Shown here piece by piece: positions 19,339 through 28,546 of a DNA stretch of 64,000 nt (position 1 is the stretch's first letter; the number at the start of each line of letters is the position of its first letter). A model generated the notes under the pieces. It was not told the origin of the DNA. It saw only the letters and a program-made list of their open reading frames with translations, and ran no database searches. Made by a program: the position numbers and the translations under genes. This stretch comes from an uncultured bacterium (GTDB taxonomy: Bacteria; Edwardsbacteria; AC1; EtOH8), in NCBI GenBank assembly GCA_963780225.1, contig CAWAAX010000027.1, positions 64,001-128,000 of the forward strand, in the 5' to 3' direction.

Positions 19339-20352
19339 TTAACAGATCCGCGGCAGGGCCTCGCCCTCCAGCATCATCAGCGGCCGTCTGCTCCCTAAGA
19401 ACGTGGTCAGCAGCACCTGCGGTTTGCCGGTTTGAACACTGCCGATGATGGCCGCATCTTTTCCCAGCGGGTCCCGGCGCATGACACTCAATATCTTTTC
19501 CGAATCTTCCCGGGGCACGATGGCTATCAGTTTGCCCTCGTTGGCCACATACAGCGGGTCCAGGCCCAGCATCTCGCAGGCGCCTTTTACTTCCTGTTTG
19601 ACCGGTATCTTTTCTTCCTCGATGTTGATGATGACCTTTGATTGCAGCGCGATCTCGTTGAGCGTGGTGGCCAGCCCGCCCCGGGTAGGGTCGCGCAGAA
19701 CGTGGATCAGTCCCGTCTTCAGCATTGCTCCGACCAGTCCGTTGAGCGGAGCCGCATCACTGAGAAGATTCCCGCTCAGGCCAAAATTGTTCCGGGCGTT
19801 GATCACCGCCGCGCCGTGGTCGCCGATGGAACCGCTTATGATCACCACATCCCCCGGAACCGCCAGGGAGCCTGAGATCTCGACTCCCTCAGGGATCACC
19901 CCCACCCCGGAGGTATTGATGAACAGGCCGTCGCAGGCGCCCTTGTCCACCACCTTGGTGTCACCGGTTACTATGGACACGCCTGCCTCTTTGGCGGCCG
20001 CAGCCATGGAATCAGCCACCTTTCCCAGCATTTCCAGGGAGAAGCCTTCTTCTATGATGAATCCAACCGAAAGATACAATGGCCGAGCCCCCTTCATGGC
20101 CAGGTCGTTGACCGTGCCGCAGACCGCCAGCCGCCCGATGTCCCCGCCGGGAAAGAACAGCGGCTTGACCACGTAGCTATCCGTGGTAAAAGCCATTCTG
20201 CTTTCTGCCTTTGCCATTCTGAATTCGGCAGAGTCATCCCCCTGGTTGAGCAGAGCGTTTGAAAAACGAGTCTTGAATACCTTTTCAATCAACTCGTGGG
20301 AAAGACGCCCGCCGGAGCCGTGGGCTAAAAGTATTTTATCGGCAACACCCAA
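19339..20352 (-). CDS. hypE: Hydrogenase maturation protein HypE
   Basis: LAHGSGG, FTTDSYVVKPLFFPGGDIG, RDPTRGG, C-terminal LPRIC; start approximate (TTG 20352). Confidence 0.95.
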   Translation of the reverse strand: MGVADKILLAHGSGGRLSHELIEKVFKTRFSNALLNQGDDSAEFRMAKAESRMAFTTDSYVVKPLFFPGGDIGRLAVCGTVNDLAMKGARPLYLSVGFIIEEGFSLEMLGKVADSMAAAAKEAGVSIVTGDTKVVDKGACDGLFINTSGVGVIPEGVEISGSLAVPGDVVIISGSIGDHGAAVINARNNFGLSGNLLSDAAPLNGLVGAMLKTGLIHVLRDPTRGGLATTLNEIALQSKVIINIEEEKIPVKQEVKGACEMLGLDPLYVANEGKLIAIVPREDSEKILSVMRRDPLGKDAAIIGSVQTGKPQVLLTTFLGSRRPLMMLEGEALPRIC

Positions 20353-20359
20353 TGGTTTT

Positions 20360-21490
20360 TTATTTTTGATTTTTAATATTTTGTTTTTCAGTCCCCGTCC
20401 CGTACTTGTACCACGCCGCGCAGGCCCCTTCGGAGGACACCATGCAGGGCCCCACCGGGCTTTCCGGTGTGCATTTATTCCCGAACATCGGGCATTCATC
20501 AGGCTGATGAAGCCCCATCATCACCTGGCCGCAGATGCAGCCCTGGGGCTCTATGGCCGGCGGGACTTCGATCTTAAATCGTTTTGCGGCGTCGAAAGAA
20601 ACGTATTCTTCCAGGAAGCAAAGCCCTGTCTCCTGTATGCTGCCGATGGCCCGCCATTCGGCGGTGCAGGGCTGCATCACTTTGTCCAGTATTGCCAGGG
20701 CGTGGGGGTTGCCGGCATCCGGCACGCCCCGCCGGTACTCGGTCTGAACGCGGAAAGCCAGCCCGTCCTTTTTATGGCTTCGGAGCTGTTCCAGCAGCAT
20801 TACTATTGATTCCAGGATGTCCAGCGGCTCGAACCCGGCGATGACGCAGGGGATCTGATATTTTGCCGGGATGAATTGATAAGGCCGGCTACCGATGATG
20901 GCCGAAACGTGGCCCGGGCAGAGGAACCCGTCTATCCTGGTCCGGCCGGATTCCAGTATGGCTTTCAGGGCATGAGGCACGGTCTTGAAGGCCGGATAGA
21001 CCGAGAAATTTCCGATGCCCTTCTCTTTGGCCTCCAGCACCGCGGCGATGATGGTGGGCGAGGTGGTCTCGAAACCCACCCCGGCGAAGACCACCTGCTT
21101 TTGCGGGTTCTCGGCTGCGATCTGCAGGGCATCCAGCGGAGAATACAGTATCCTGACATCGGCCCCCTGGGACTTGGCCTCCCGCAGGCTGCTGTGCGAA
21201 CCGGGAACGCGGATCATATCGCCGAAGGTGGTGAAGATGACATCCTTCAGCCCGGCAATGGCTATCATCCGGTCGATATCATAAAGCGAAGTGACGCAGA
21301 CCGGGCAGCCCGGCCCGGATAAAAGTTTTATTGACTTGGGGATCAGCCCCCGGATGCCGAACTGGGATATGGCCATGGTGTGGCTGCCGCAAACCTCCAT
21401 GAAGGAATAAGGGCCGTCGCACAGGCTCTCTATCCTTTTGACCAGTTTTGCGGCCACCACCGGGTCGCGGAATTTATCAAGATCGATCAT
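20360..21490 (-). CDS. hypD: Hydrogenase maturation protein HypD
   Basis: MEVCGSHT, GPGCPVCVT, GFETT, PGHVS, CMVSSEGAC. Confidence 0.97.
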   Translation of the reverse strand: MIDLDKFRDPVVAAKLVKRIESLCDGPYSFMEVCGSHTMAISQFGIRGLIPKSIKLLSGPGCPVCVTSLYDIDRMIAIAGLKDVIFTTFGDMIRVPGSHSSLREAKSQGADVRILYSPLDALQIAAENPQKQVVFAGVGFETTSPTIIAAVLEAKEKGIGNFSVYPAFKTVPHALKAILESGRTRIDGFLCPGHVSAIIGSRPYQFIPAKYQIPCVIAGFEPLDILESIVMLLEQLRSHKKDGLAFRVQTEYRRGVPDAGNPHALAILDKVMQPCTAEWRAIGSIQETGLCFLEEYVSFDAAKRFKIEVPPAIEPQGCICGQVMMGLHQPDECPMFGNKCTPESPVGPCMVSSEGACAAWYKYGTGTEKQNIKNQK

Positions 21491-21502
21491 GCTGGCTGGC
21501 TG

Positions 21503-21724
21503 TCAGGTGATGGTGATGCCGGTCTCTTCCAGCAAACGGTATGTTTCCTCGGCCTCTTTGGGATCTATCCGCTGGATGGCAAAACCGGCGTGGATCAGCA
21601 CGAACTCCCCTACCTTGGCGTCGGGCATCATATGAAGGCCGATGCTGCGCTTAAGGCCCCGGATGTCCACCTCGGCCTTGTTCCCCTCGATGGTCTCGAT
21701 CTTTGCTGGTATGGCTAAACACAT
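21503..21724 (-). CDS. hypC: Hydrogenase chaperone HypC
   Basis: MCLAIP, VLIHAGFAI. Confidence 0.96.
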   Translation of the reverse strand: MCLAIPAKIETIEGNKAEVDIRGLKRSIGLHMMPDAKVGEFVLIHAGFAIQRIDPKEAEETYRLLEETGITIT

Positions 21725-21760
21725 ATTAGGTAATTAATAAATGGTTAAATTAAAAAATGG

Positions 21761-22150
21761 TCAAGTTAGTTTTGACCGGTTTAAATAACTTATGTATCCG
21801 TTGAGCAACCGGGCCGCAGTATCCATCAGGGCTTCCCCTTTTGCATATTCCTCGCTGGTAATATAATTTTCGTCTAAGCAGGTTATGAAATGGTCTTTAA
21901 CTTCGTATAGGGATCCTCTGGACTGCCTGCAATATTGAATATTTTCCTGGTAGTGATATCTTCCATACCCTTCAGCGATATTTGCAGTGATTGAGACGGC
22001 TGCTCGCTTGATTTGACTCACTAAATTAGTTTTTTCTGAGACGGGTAATTTATTTGCTATAAGGTAAGCATATTTGCGCACCTCCCTGGCCGCTTTCCAC
22101 GCCGTTAAATCTTCAAAGGACTTTACCTTTTTAACTTGGCTATCATCCAT
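21761..22150 (-). CDS. Four helix bundle protein (23S rRNA intervening sequence protein family)
   Basis: SFEDL..W, QIKRAAVSITANIAEGYGR, SRGSLYE; AT-rich insert within the hyp operon. Confidence 0.9.
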   Translation of the reverse strand: MDDSQVKKVKSFEDLTAWKAAREVRKYAYLIANKLPVSEKTNLVSQIKRAAVSITANIAEGYGRYHYQENIQYCRQSRGSLYEVKDHFITCLDENYITSEEYAKGEALMDTAARLLNGYISYLNRSKLT

Positions 22151-22177
22151 AAATCCACCATTTATTTATTTTCCCAT

Positions 22178-24577
22178 TTACCTATTTTTTATGCTCGACA
22201 ATATCTGCCCTAAGGCAATGCCGCCATCGTTTGAAGGAACCTGTCTGTGGATCAGCACCTGGTAATCTTTTTGCAACAATCCTTGCCGGACATGGTCCAA
22301 CAAAGTTCTATTCTGGAACACGCCCCCGGAAAGTGCCACGGTTTTTATCCCCGATCGTAGCTTTAAATTATCGCACATTGCCAGGGTAAAGTCAACGATT
22401 GTATTGTGGAATTTGGCCGAACAAACGCCTGGTGCCACGCCTTTTTTAACGTCGTCGTTCAACTGCCGCCACATCTCTTTTAACCGGACTATTGACTGTC
22501 CGTCTGATTGAATTATCTGATGATCGTATCTGCCGGTGGTGCCGTGATCAGCGCAATTCTCCAGCGCGATGGCCGCCTGGGCCTCAAAGGTAATGGCGGG
22601 ACATACTCCCAGCAATGCGCTGACCGCGTCGAACAGGCGCCCCAGGCTGGAGGTCCAGGCCAGGTTGAATTTGCTGTCCAATTGTTTGGATATCAGTTCC
22701 AGCTCGGGCTGGTATTCCTTGGGGAACACCGGCGCCGGCAGTTCGTTCAAAAGATACTTGCCGTAGGCGGCGGCTATCCGGTAGGGCTTTTTGATGGAGG
22801 TTTCGCCGCCCGGCAGGGGCAGGTATTCAAGGTGCCCGGCCCTGTCCATCGTTTTGCCGTCGAACAGGAAGAACTCCCCGCCCCATATCTTGCCGTCCTC
22901 GCCATAACCGGTGCCGTCGAAGGCCACTCCGATGGCCGGGATCATTTTGCCGTTATCGGCCAGTGTGCTTAGGATATGGGCTTGGTGATGCTGTACCGTG
23001 TTCAGAGCCACGCCGGTCTGTTCCTTGGCCCATCTGGTGGTAAGGTAGTCAGGGTGCAGGTCATGGACAATGACCTCCGGCTTTATCTGAAACCACTTCT
23101 GGTATTTCTCAACCATCTCTTTGAAATATTCCAGGGTGGCCAGGTTATCCATCTCGCCGATGTATTGGCTTAGATAGGCCTTGTTGCCGGAAGCCAGACA
23201 GAAGACGTTCTTCATCTCCCCTCCCACCGCCAGGGTCGGAGGCACCGAAACCGGAAGGATTATCGGGTTTGGGGCATAGCCCCGGGAGTGGCGGACTATC
23301 TGAACGATCTGCTGATTCTCGTTTGACAACGATTCCTGATCATTCTGCTTTTTGATTTCTGATTTCTTGCCCTGAGCTGCCGGGCTGAGTCTGCCGAAGC
23401 CCCTGTCGAAGGGTTGATTTTCTGCCCCAGTAATAAAGACTATCGAGTCATCATTGCGGTTCTCAATATCCCGGTCGTTCATCAGAAAATGGTCGGCCAG
23501 GCCCCCCAGCCTGTTCAAAGCCTCCTGGTTGCCGGCCGCCACCGGCTCATCCTGGACATTGCCCGAGGTCATCACCAAGGCCTTGAGATCGGGGTTTATT
23601 TTTTTCAGTTCCCGGAACAAAAGGTAATGCACCGGCGCATAGGGCAGCATCACTCCCAGATAATTGTTCCCCGGTGCTAACTGTTCTGAAATATTATTTT
23701 TATTCTGCCTTTTGAATTCAGCCTTATGTAACAGCACAATAGGCGCCTGGCTTGATCCCAGTACTTTCTCTTCCGCTCCGCTTACCCGGCAGATATCCCT
23801 GACATCATCCAGCGACCCGCCCATCAGGGCCAGCGGTTTGTCCGGGCGGTTCTTCCTGTGACGAAGCTTTTTGACCGCGGCATCACTGCCGGCATCGCAG
23901 GCCAGGTGAAATCCCCCTATTCCCTTGATGGCCAGAATCTCACCAGCCAAAAGGAGTTCTGCGGCCCTGGTCATCGCCCCGGACCTTTCGGCAGTTGCCT
24001 TGGCGTCCCGGCCGCAGAGCCAGACCCTGGGGCCGCAGACCGGACAGGCATTGGGCTGGGCGTGGAACCTGCGGTTTTCCGGATCGTCGTATTCCTTTTG
24101 ACAGTCGGGGCACATGGTGAATCCCGCCATAGATGTCAAAGGCCGGTCATACGGAGTATTTTGGATGATGGAGAACCGCGGCCCGCAGTTGGTGCAGTTT
24201 ATGAAGGGATACAGGTAACGCCGGTCTTTCTCATCCAGCATCTCGGCCAGACAGTCTGGACACAGGGCGATGTCGGGGGAGATCCTGGTGACGCCGCCGC
24301 TTTTCAAGCTCTCCCTGATGACAAAATCCTTGTGATCGCCGGGCTCGGCCGGGAAAACGGCCATGGCATCGATCAGGGCCTGGGGCGGCAGTTCGCTTTT
24401 GACCTGGGACAAGAAAAGGTCGATGCTGTCGGAACAGCCCTGGACATGGATCTCCACCCCCTGGCTGGAATTAAGAACCCAGCCGGCCAGGCCGTGCTTT
24501 TTGGCCAGCCGGTAGATGAAGGGCCGGAAGCCCACCCCCTGGACGATGCCGTTTATGTTTATCTTTACTGCGTTCAT
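22178..24577 (-). CDS. hypF: Carbamoyltransferase HypF
   Basis: GIVQGVGFRPF, two zinc fingers, KGIGGFHL, HDLHPDY, DGTGYG, NDGGIALGQ. Confidence 0.97.
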   Translation of the reverse strand: MNAVKININGIVQGVGFRPFIYRLAKKHGLAGWVLNSSQGVEIHVQGCSDSIDLFLSQVKSELPPQALIDAMAVFPAEPGDHKDFVIRESLKSGGVTRISPDIALCPDCLAEMLDEKDRRYLYPFINCTNCGPRFSIIQNTPYDRPLTSMAGFTMCPDCQKEYDDPENRRFHAQPNACPVCGPRVWLCGRDAKATAERSGAMTRAAELLLAGEILAIKGIGGFHLACDAGSDAAVKKLRHRKNRPDKPLALMGGSLDDVRDICRVSGAEEKVLGSSQAPIVLLHKAEFKRQNKNNISEQLAPGNNYLGVMLPYAPVHYLLFRELKKINPDLKALVMTSGNVQDEPVAAGNQEALNRLGGLADHFLMNDRDIENRNDDSIVFITGAENQPFDRGFGRLSPAAQGKKSEIKKQNDQESLSNENQQIVQIVRHSRGYAPNPIILPVSVPPTLAVGGEMKNVFCLASGNKAYLSQYIGEMDNLATLEYFKEMVEKYQKWFQIKPEVIVHDLHPDYLTTRWAKEQTGVALNTVQHHQAHILSTLADNGKMIPAIGVAFDGTGYGEDGKIWGGEFFLFDGKTMDRAGHLEYLPLPGGETSIKKPYRIAAAYGKYLLNELPAPVFPKEYQPELELISKQLDSKFNLAWTSSLGRLFDAVSALLGVCPAITFEAQAAIALENCADHGTTGRYDHQIIQSDGQSIVRLKEMWRQLNDDVKKGVAPGVCSAKFHNTIVDFTLAMCDNLKLRSGIKTVALSGGVFQNRTLLDHVRQGLLQKDYQVLIHRQVPSNDGGIALGQILSSIKNR

Positions 24578-24601
24578 GATTGATCTTAAAATAAATGATT
24601 A

Positions 24602-24909
24602 TCCAAGCAGCTCAGGAAACACGTGAGCAATACGTGCCAACCCCGGTTGTCGCGTTAAAACGATCAGTGAGCATCGCAGTTGATGGCGGTTAAAAGCTTG
24701 TCTGGCCTGTTTGAGGGCTTGGCCAAAGCCCGAGTTCAGACAAGCCCGCCAGCGACGAGAAGCGCAACGCCCGGAGAGTTTTCAGCGACGAGCTTTTTCT
24801 TTTGGTTCTTTTCTTTTTGGCGGTACAAAAAGAAAAGAATATAACCTGGTAAAACCTGTGATTTTACCTTATCCACTATATTCTTTCTACTTCTCCTGAT
24901 CAAGTTGGA
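24602..24909. mobile_element. MITE-like repeat, copy 2
   Basis: TA|TCCAAGCAGCTCAGGA...TCCTGATCAAGTTGGA|TA; same orientation as copy 1. Confidence 0.7.
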
Positions 24910-25047
24910 TAGGCATTTTAAAATAAACCGCCCTGTTATTTTCAGGACGGGGGAAACACCCTTTGATTATATTCCTAAATGCTTAAAATTTCAAGGCATA
25001 TCTCAAGTCTTGCATTTTGCGGTGAAATAGTATATGCTTACTGCCCT

Positions 25048-26439
25048 ATGGCCAAAAACAGCATTCATACACCCTCTGCCGGAAGCATCGAGCCGGAACG
25101 CAGCCTTAAGATATCCATCATCGAAGGCAGTTTTGCCACGGTCCACATCACCGTCAGTCTGGGAGCCTTGGTCACCGGATACGCCCTGATGCTGGGAGCC
25201 AACGATTTCCACCTGGGGTTGCTGGCGGCCCTGAACGCCCTGTCCACCGTGGGCTCGGTCATCAGCGCCCAGATCCTGGGACGGCTGGGTAGCCGCAAAA
25301 AGCTGACCGTCTGGGGGGCCACCGTCGGGCGAGCATTGTGGGCCCTGCTCTGCGTCCTGCCCTTCATCAAGATCATGCCCGGCTTTAAGCTGGCCCTGTT
25401 CTTTGCCGTGATGTTCCTGGGGAACACCATCCTCAGCGCCGCCAACACCGCCTGGCTTTCCTGGATGACCGACCTGGTGCCCCCGGAAAAGCGGGGCGTC
25501 TATTTCGGCAAGCGCAGCGCCATCCTGGGAGCGGTGACCATGCTAACCAATTACGGGGCCGGCTGGGGATTTGACCGGATGAAAGCGGCCGGGCTGCAGG
25601 ACCAGGGGTTTGCCCTGATCTTCGGGCTGGCCGCCCTGTTTGCCGTGATCGCCGGGCTGATCCTGAACCGCCAGTGGGAGCCGCCGTTAAAGGGGGAGAA
25701 GTCCCTCTCCATTTACGAGATCGTAAAACTGCCCTTCGCCGACCCCAATTTCAAAAAACTGCTGACCTTCTTCATCTTCTGGTCGCTGTCCACCGCCGTG
25801 GCCGGGCCCTTCTTCGGGGCCCACATGATCAAGAATCTTAAGATGCCATACTCGGTGATCGCCCTCTATTCCATCGTCGCCGGGATACTTAACCTTTCCA
25901 CTCAGCCTTTGTGGGGAAAAATAATCGACAAGCTGGGGAACCGCCCGGTGCTGATATTCAACCTGGTCGGCATCTTCCTGCTGCCGCTGTTCTGGCTGTT
26001 CGCCACCCCTTCATTTTATCTGCCCATCTGGGTGGATGCCTTTCTGACCGGTTTTTTCTGGCCGGGTTTCACCCTGGCCGGCTTCAACCTGCTGCTGCTG
26101 ACCGCGCCCGAGCAGAACCGGACCTCCTACCTTTCGATCTATACCGTAACCACCGGATTCGCCGTGTTCCTGGCCTCTCTGGCCGGGGGCTGGCTGGCCA
26201 ACGCCCTGCATGATTTCAAATTAGTGCTGCTGGGGCATACCCTGATCAACTTCCACCTGCTCTTTGCCTTTTCCTCGCTGGCCAGGATATTTACCCTGCC
26301 CCTGGCCTTGAAACTAAGGGAGGAAAGGTCCCACCCGGTGGGCACCCTGCTGAACCTGTTCGGCGACAAGATCAGCCAGAATTTTGCCGGAGGTTGGCAG
26401 GCCGGGATAGTGATGGTAAAAAGGATCACCCGGGGTTGA
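25048..26439 (+). CDS. MFS transporter
   Basis: About 12 hydrophobic segments; WMTDLVPPEKRG, WGKIIDKLGNRP; likely start ATG 25048 just after TTGCAT-17-TATGCT. Confidence 0.88.
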   Translation: MAKNSIHTPSAGSIEPERSLKISIIEGSFATVHITVSLGALVTGYALMLGANDFHLGLLAALNALSTVGSVISAQILGRLGSRKKLTVWGATVGRALWALLCVLPFIKIMPGFKLALFFAVMFLGNTILSAANTAWLSWMTDLVPPEKRGVYFGKRSAILGAVTMLTNYGAGWGFDRMKAAGLQDQGFALIFGLAALFAVIAGLILNRQWEPPLKGEKSLSIYEIVKLPFADPNFKKLLTFFIFWSLSTAVAGPFFGAHMIKNLKMPYSVIALYSIVAGILNLSTQPLWGKIIDKLGNRPVLIFNLVGIFLLPLFWLFATPSFYLPIWVDAFLTGFFWPGFTLAGFNLLLLTAPEQNRTSYLSIYTVTTGFAVFLASLAGGWLANALHDFKLVLLGHTLINFHLLFAFSSLARIFTLPLALKLREERSHPVGTLLNLFGDKISQNFAGGWQAGIVMVKRITRG

Positions 26440-26447
26440 TCCAAAAG

Positions 26448-26489
26448 ATTAAAAAACCGCTCGGCAGACAGCTGAGCGGTTTTTTTAAT
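26448..26489. terminator. Bidirectional terminator
   Basis: AAAAAACCGCTC...GAGCGGTTTTTT between convergent genes. Confidence 0.8.
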
Positions 26490-26506
26490 TCCATCGCAGG
26501 GGCTAT

Positions 26507-27589
26507 CTATTCCACCGGTTCCCAGATGGATTCCCCGGTCTTGTTGATATATCCGTAATCGCCGTCGTTCTTGATCATCCCCAGGCCGTTGGCAAATTTG
26601 AATACCTCGTCGAACTGGGTGTCGATGACGATCTTCCCGGTCTTATCGGCATAACCCCAAACCTCACCGGCCTTTATCCCGGCCAGGTCCTCGGAGAACG
26701 GCCGGACCTCCAGAAACTGCGGTTCTATCGCCTGCTGGCCGCCCTTGCTGATGAAGCCCCACTTGTCCTCGATCTTTACCCCGGCCATCTCCTGGCTGAA
26801 GTCCTGGGCGTCATCAAACGCAGGGTTGATCACCATTTTCCCGATCTTGTTGATATAGCCGTATTTGCCTCCGGTCTTCACCCGGGCCAGGCCGTCCACG
26901 AAAGGACCGCCGTCGTCGAACTGGGGTTTGATGACCATCTTGCCGGTTTTGTTGATATAGCCGCAGGAGAGCTTTTCCACCACATAACCAGCCTGCTTGA
27001 TCTTGACCGGGGCCAGTCCGTCCGAATAATCACCGGCCCAGTCGAATTTCTGGATCCCGATGAACTTCCCGGTCTTGTCGATGAAACGGAACTTGTCCTG
27101 GATGTTCACCCGGGCCAGGCCCTGGCTGAAACGATAGACCCCGCCGATGTCTTCCGGCTTGACCTTTTTGAAACTAACCACTATCTTCCCGGCCTTGTTG
27201 ATGTAGCAATAGCTTCCGGATCCGTCCTTGCCCACCACCCCCACCGCCGCCAGCCCCTCGCTGAAGGCGTCGGCATAGAGCAGCAGGGGATCTATCACAT
27301 ACTTGCCGGCGGGATCGATGAACCCGTACTTGTCGCCCAGCCGCACCGCCGCCAGCCCCTCGCTGAAGGCCCCGGCCGAATCAAACTGCAGGGCCACCGC
27401 CAGTTTTCCGGCATTGTCTATATACCCCCACTTGCCGGCTTGTTTGACCGGGAACAAAAGCACCGGTTTTTCAGGAGCGGCTGTCTTCAGCTTCTGGGAA
27501 TGGGCCCAGCCGGGGGCCAGGGCCATGAGGACGATCAGGATCAAAGGCCTCAGCATTTCAAGCCTCCTTGGGTTGTAGCTTATTTTCAT
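26507..27589 (-). CDS. Secreted WG-repeat protein
   Basis: Repeated KWGYID..GK..I.PQFD.A..FSEGLA.V units; signal peptide. Confidence 0.9.
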   Translation of the reverse strand: MKISYNPRRLEMLRPLILIVLMALAPGWAHSQKLKTAAPEKPVLLFPVKQAGKWGYIDNAGKLAVALQFDSAGAFSEGLAAVRLGDKYGFIDPAGKYVIDPLLLYADAFSEGLAAVGVVGKDGSGSYCYINKAGKIVVSFKKVKPEDIGGVYRFSQGLARVNIQDKFRFIDKTGKFIGIQKFDWAGDYSDGLAPVKIKQAGYVVEKLSCGYINKTGKMVIKPQFDDGGPFVDGLARVKTGGKYGYINKIGKMVINPAFDDAQDFSQEMAGVKIEDKWGFISKGGQQAIEPQFLEVRPFSEDLAGIKAGEVWGYADKTGKIVIDTQFDEVFKFANGLGMIKNDGDYGYINKTGESIWEPVE

Positions 27590-28533
27590 TTTTTATCCTG
27601 CTGTTTTATCAAGGCCGCCAGCAAAGGCAGCATTATCTCGTGATGCCCGGTAAAACTGTATCCCCGGCCGCCTGACTGGGTCGGGCGGCTGACCACGTTG
27701 ACGTTGGGCCGGTAGTGCTGGATCATGTCAAAGTTGGCGGTGGTGAAATCCTTGACCTTGTGCCCAAGGTTGCGGGCCACGGTCAGGGTCTTTAAAAAAA
27801 CCTCCGGCATGATCACGGTGGAGCCGATGTTGATCACCACCCCGCCGGAAAGTTTGGTGACCGACTGGGCCAGGATCCGGAAATCCCGGGCGCTGCAGTC
27901 GCCGGCGGCGGCTCCGTCGTAGCTGGGGTGCTGGTTGATGATGTCGGTGCCCACCGCCACGTGGACCGTGGTTGGTATCTCGTTCCGGCTGCAGGCCGCC
28001 AGCAGGCTGAACTTCTGGTATTTGGCCTTTACCCCATTCAGGTACTGTCCCAGCGCCTGGCCGTAGCCCATCCGGCAGAGGCTGGCGGCCTTGATGACGC
28101 CGTTGATGCCGTCGGCGGTCTCTTTGGCCATGCCGAAACTGCCGTCTTCCAGGCCTGCGGCCACGTCCTCGGAGGTTTTGCCCCAGCAGGCCATTTCAAA
28201 GTCGTGGATGGCCCCGGCCCCGTTGGTGGCCAGGTGGGTGATGTAGCCCTGCTCTATCAGATCTATCAGCACCGGGGAAAGCCCGCATTTTATGGGATGG
28301 GCCCCCATCATCACGATCACCGGCCGCCCCCGGCTCCGGGCCTTCCGCACCGCCTGGGCCAGTAAAAACAGGTCATTGACCTTCAGCGTCCTGGGCAGGG
28401 AATCAAAAAATTGCGCCAGCGAAGATCCCGGCTTTACGGTCTTGGCCAGCTGGCCCAGGTCCACCTTGCTCCAGCGGTCCCTGATGGAATGGCTTTTGAC
28501 CCTGGAGATGTCTATTTCCTTGAAGTTTTTCAT
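27586..28533 (-). CDS. Deoxyhypusine synthase-like conserved hypothetical protein
   Basis: MMGAHPIKCGL, ATNGAG.IHD, GSFGMAKET, VAVGTDI..QHP, GHHEIMLPL. Confidence 0.65.
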   Translation of the reverse strand: MKNFKEIDISRVKSHSIRDRWSKVDLGQLAKTVKPGSSLAQFFDSLPRTLKVNDLFLLAQAVRKARSRGRPVIVMMGAHPIKCGLSPVLIDLIEQGYITHLATNGAGAIHDFEMACWGKTSEDVAAGLEDGSFGMAKETADGINGVIKAASLCRMGYGQALGQYLNGVKAKYQKFSLLAACSRNEIPTTVHVAVGTDIINQHPSYDGAAAGDCSARDFRILAQSVTKLSGGVVINIGSTVIMPEVFLKTLTVARNLGHKVKDFTTANFDMIQHYRPNVNVVSRPTQSGGRGYSFTGHHEIMLPLLAALIKQQDKK

Positions 28534-28546
28534 GGCCTTACCGTCT

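Noticed and set aside
21761..22150. Diversity-generating retroelement (Avd-like gene)
   Set aside because: No reverse transcriptase and no TR/VR pair with adenine-specific mismatches; the GT9 duplication differences are not A-specific
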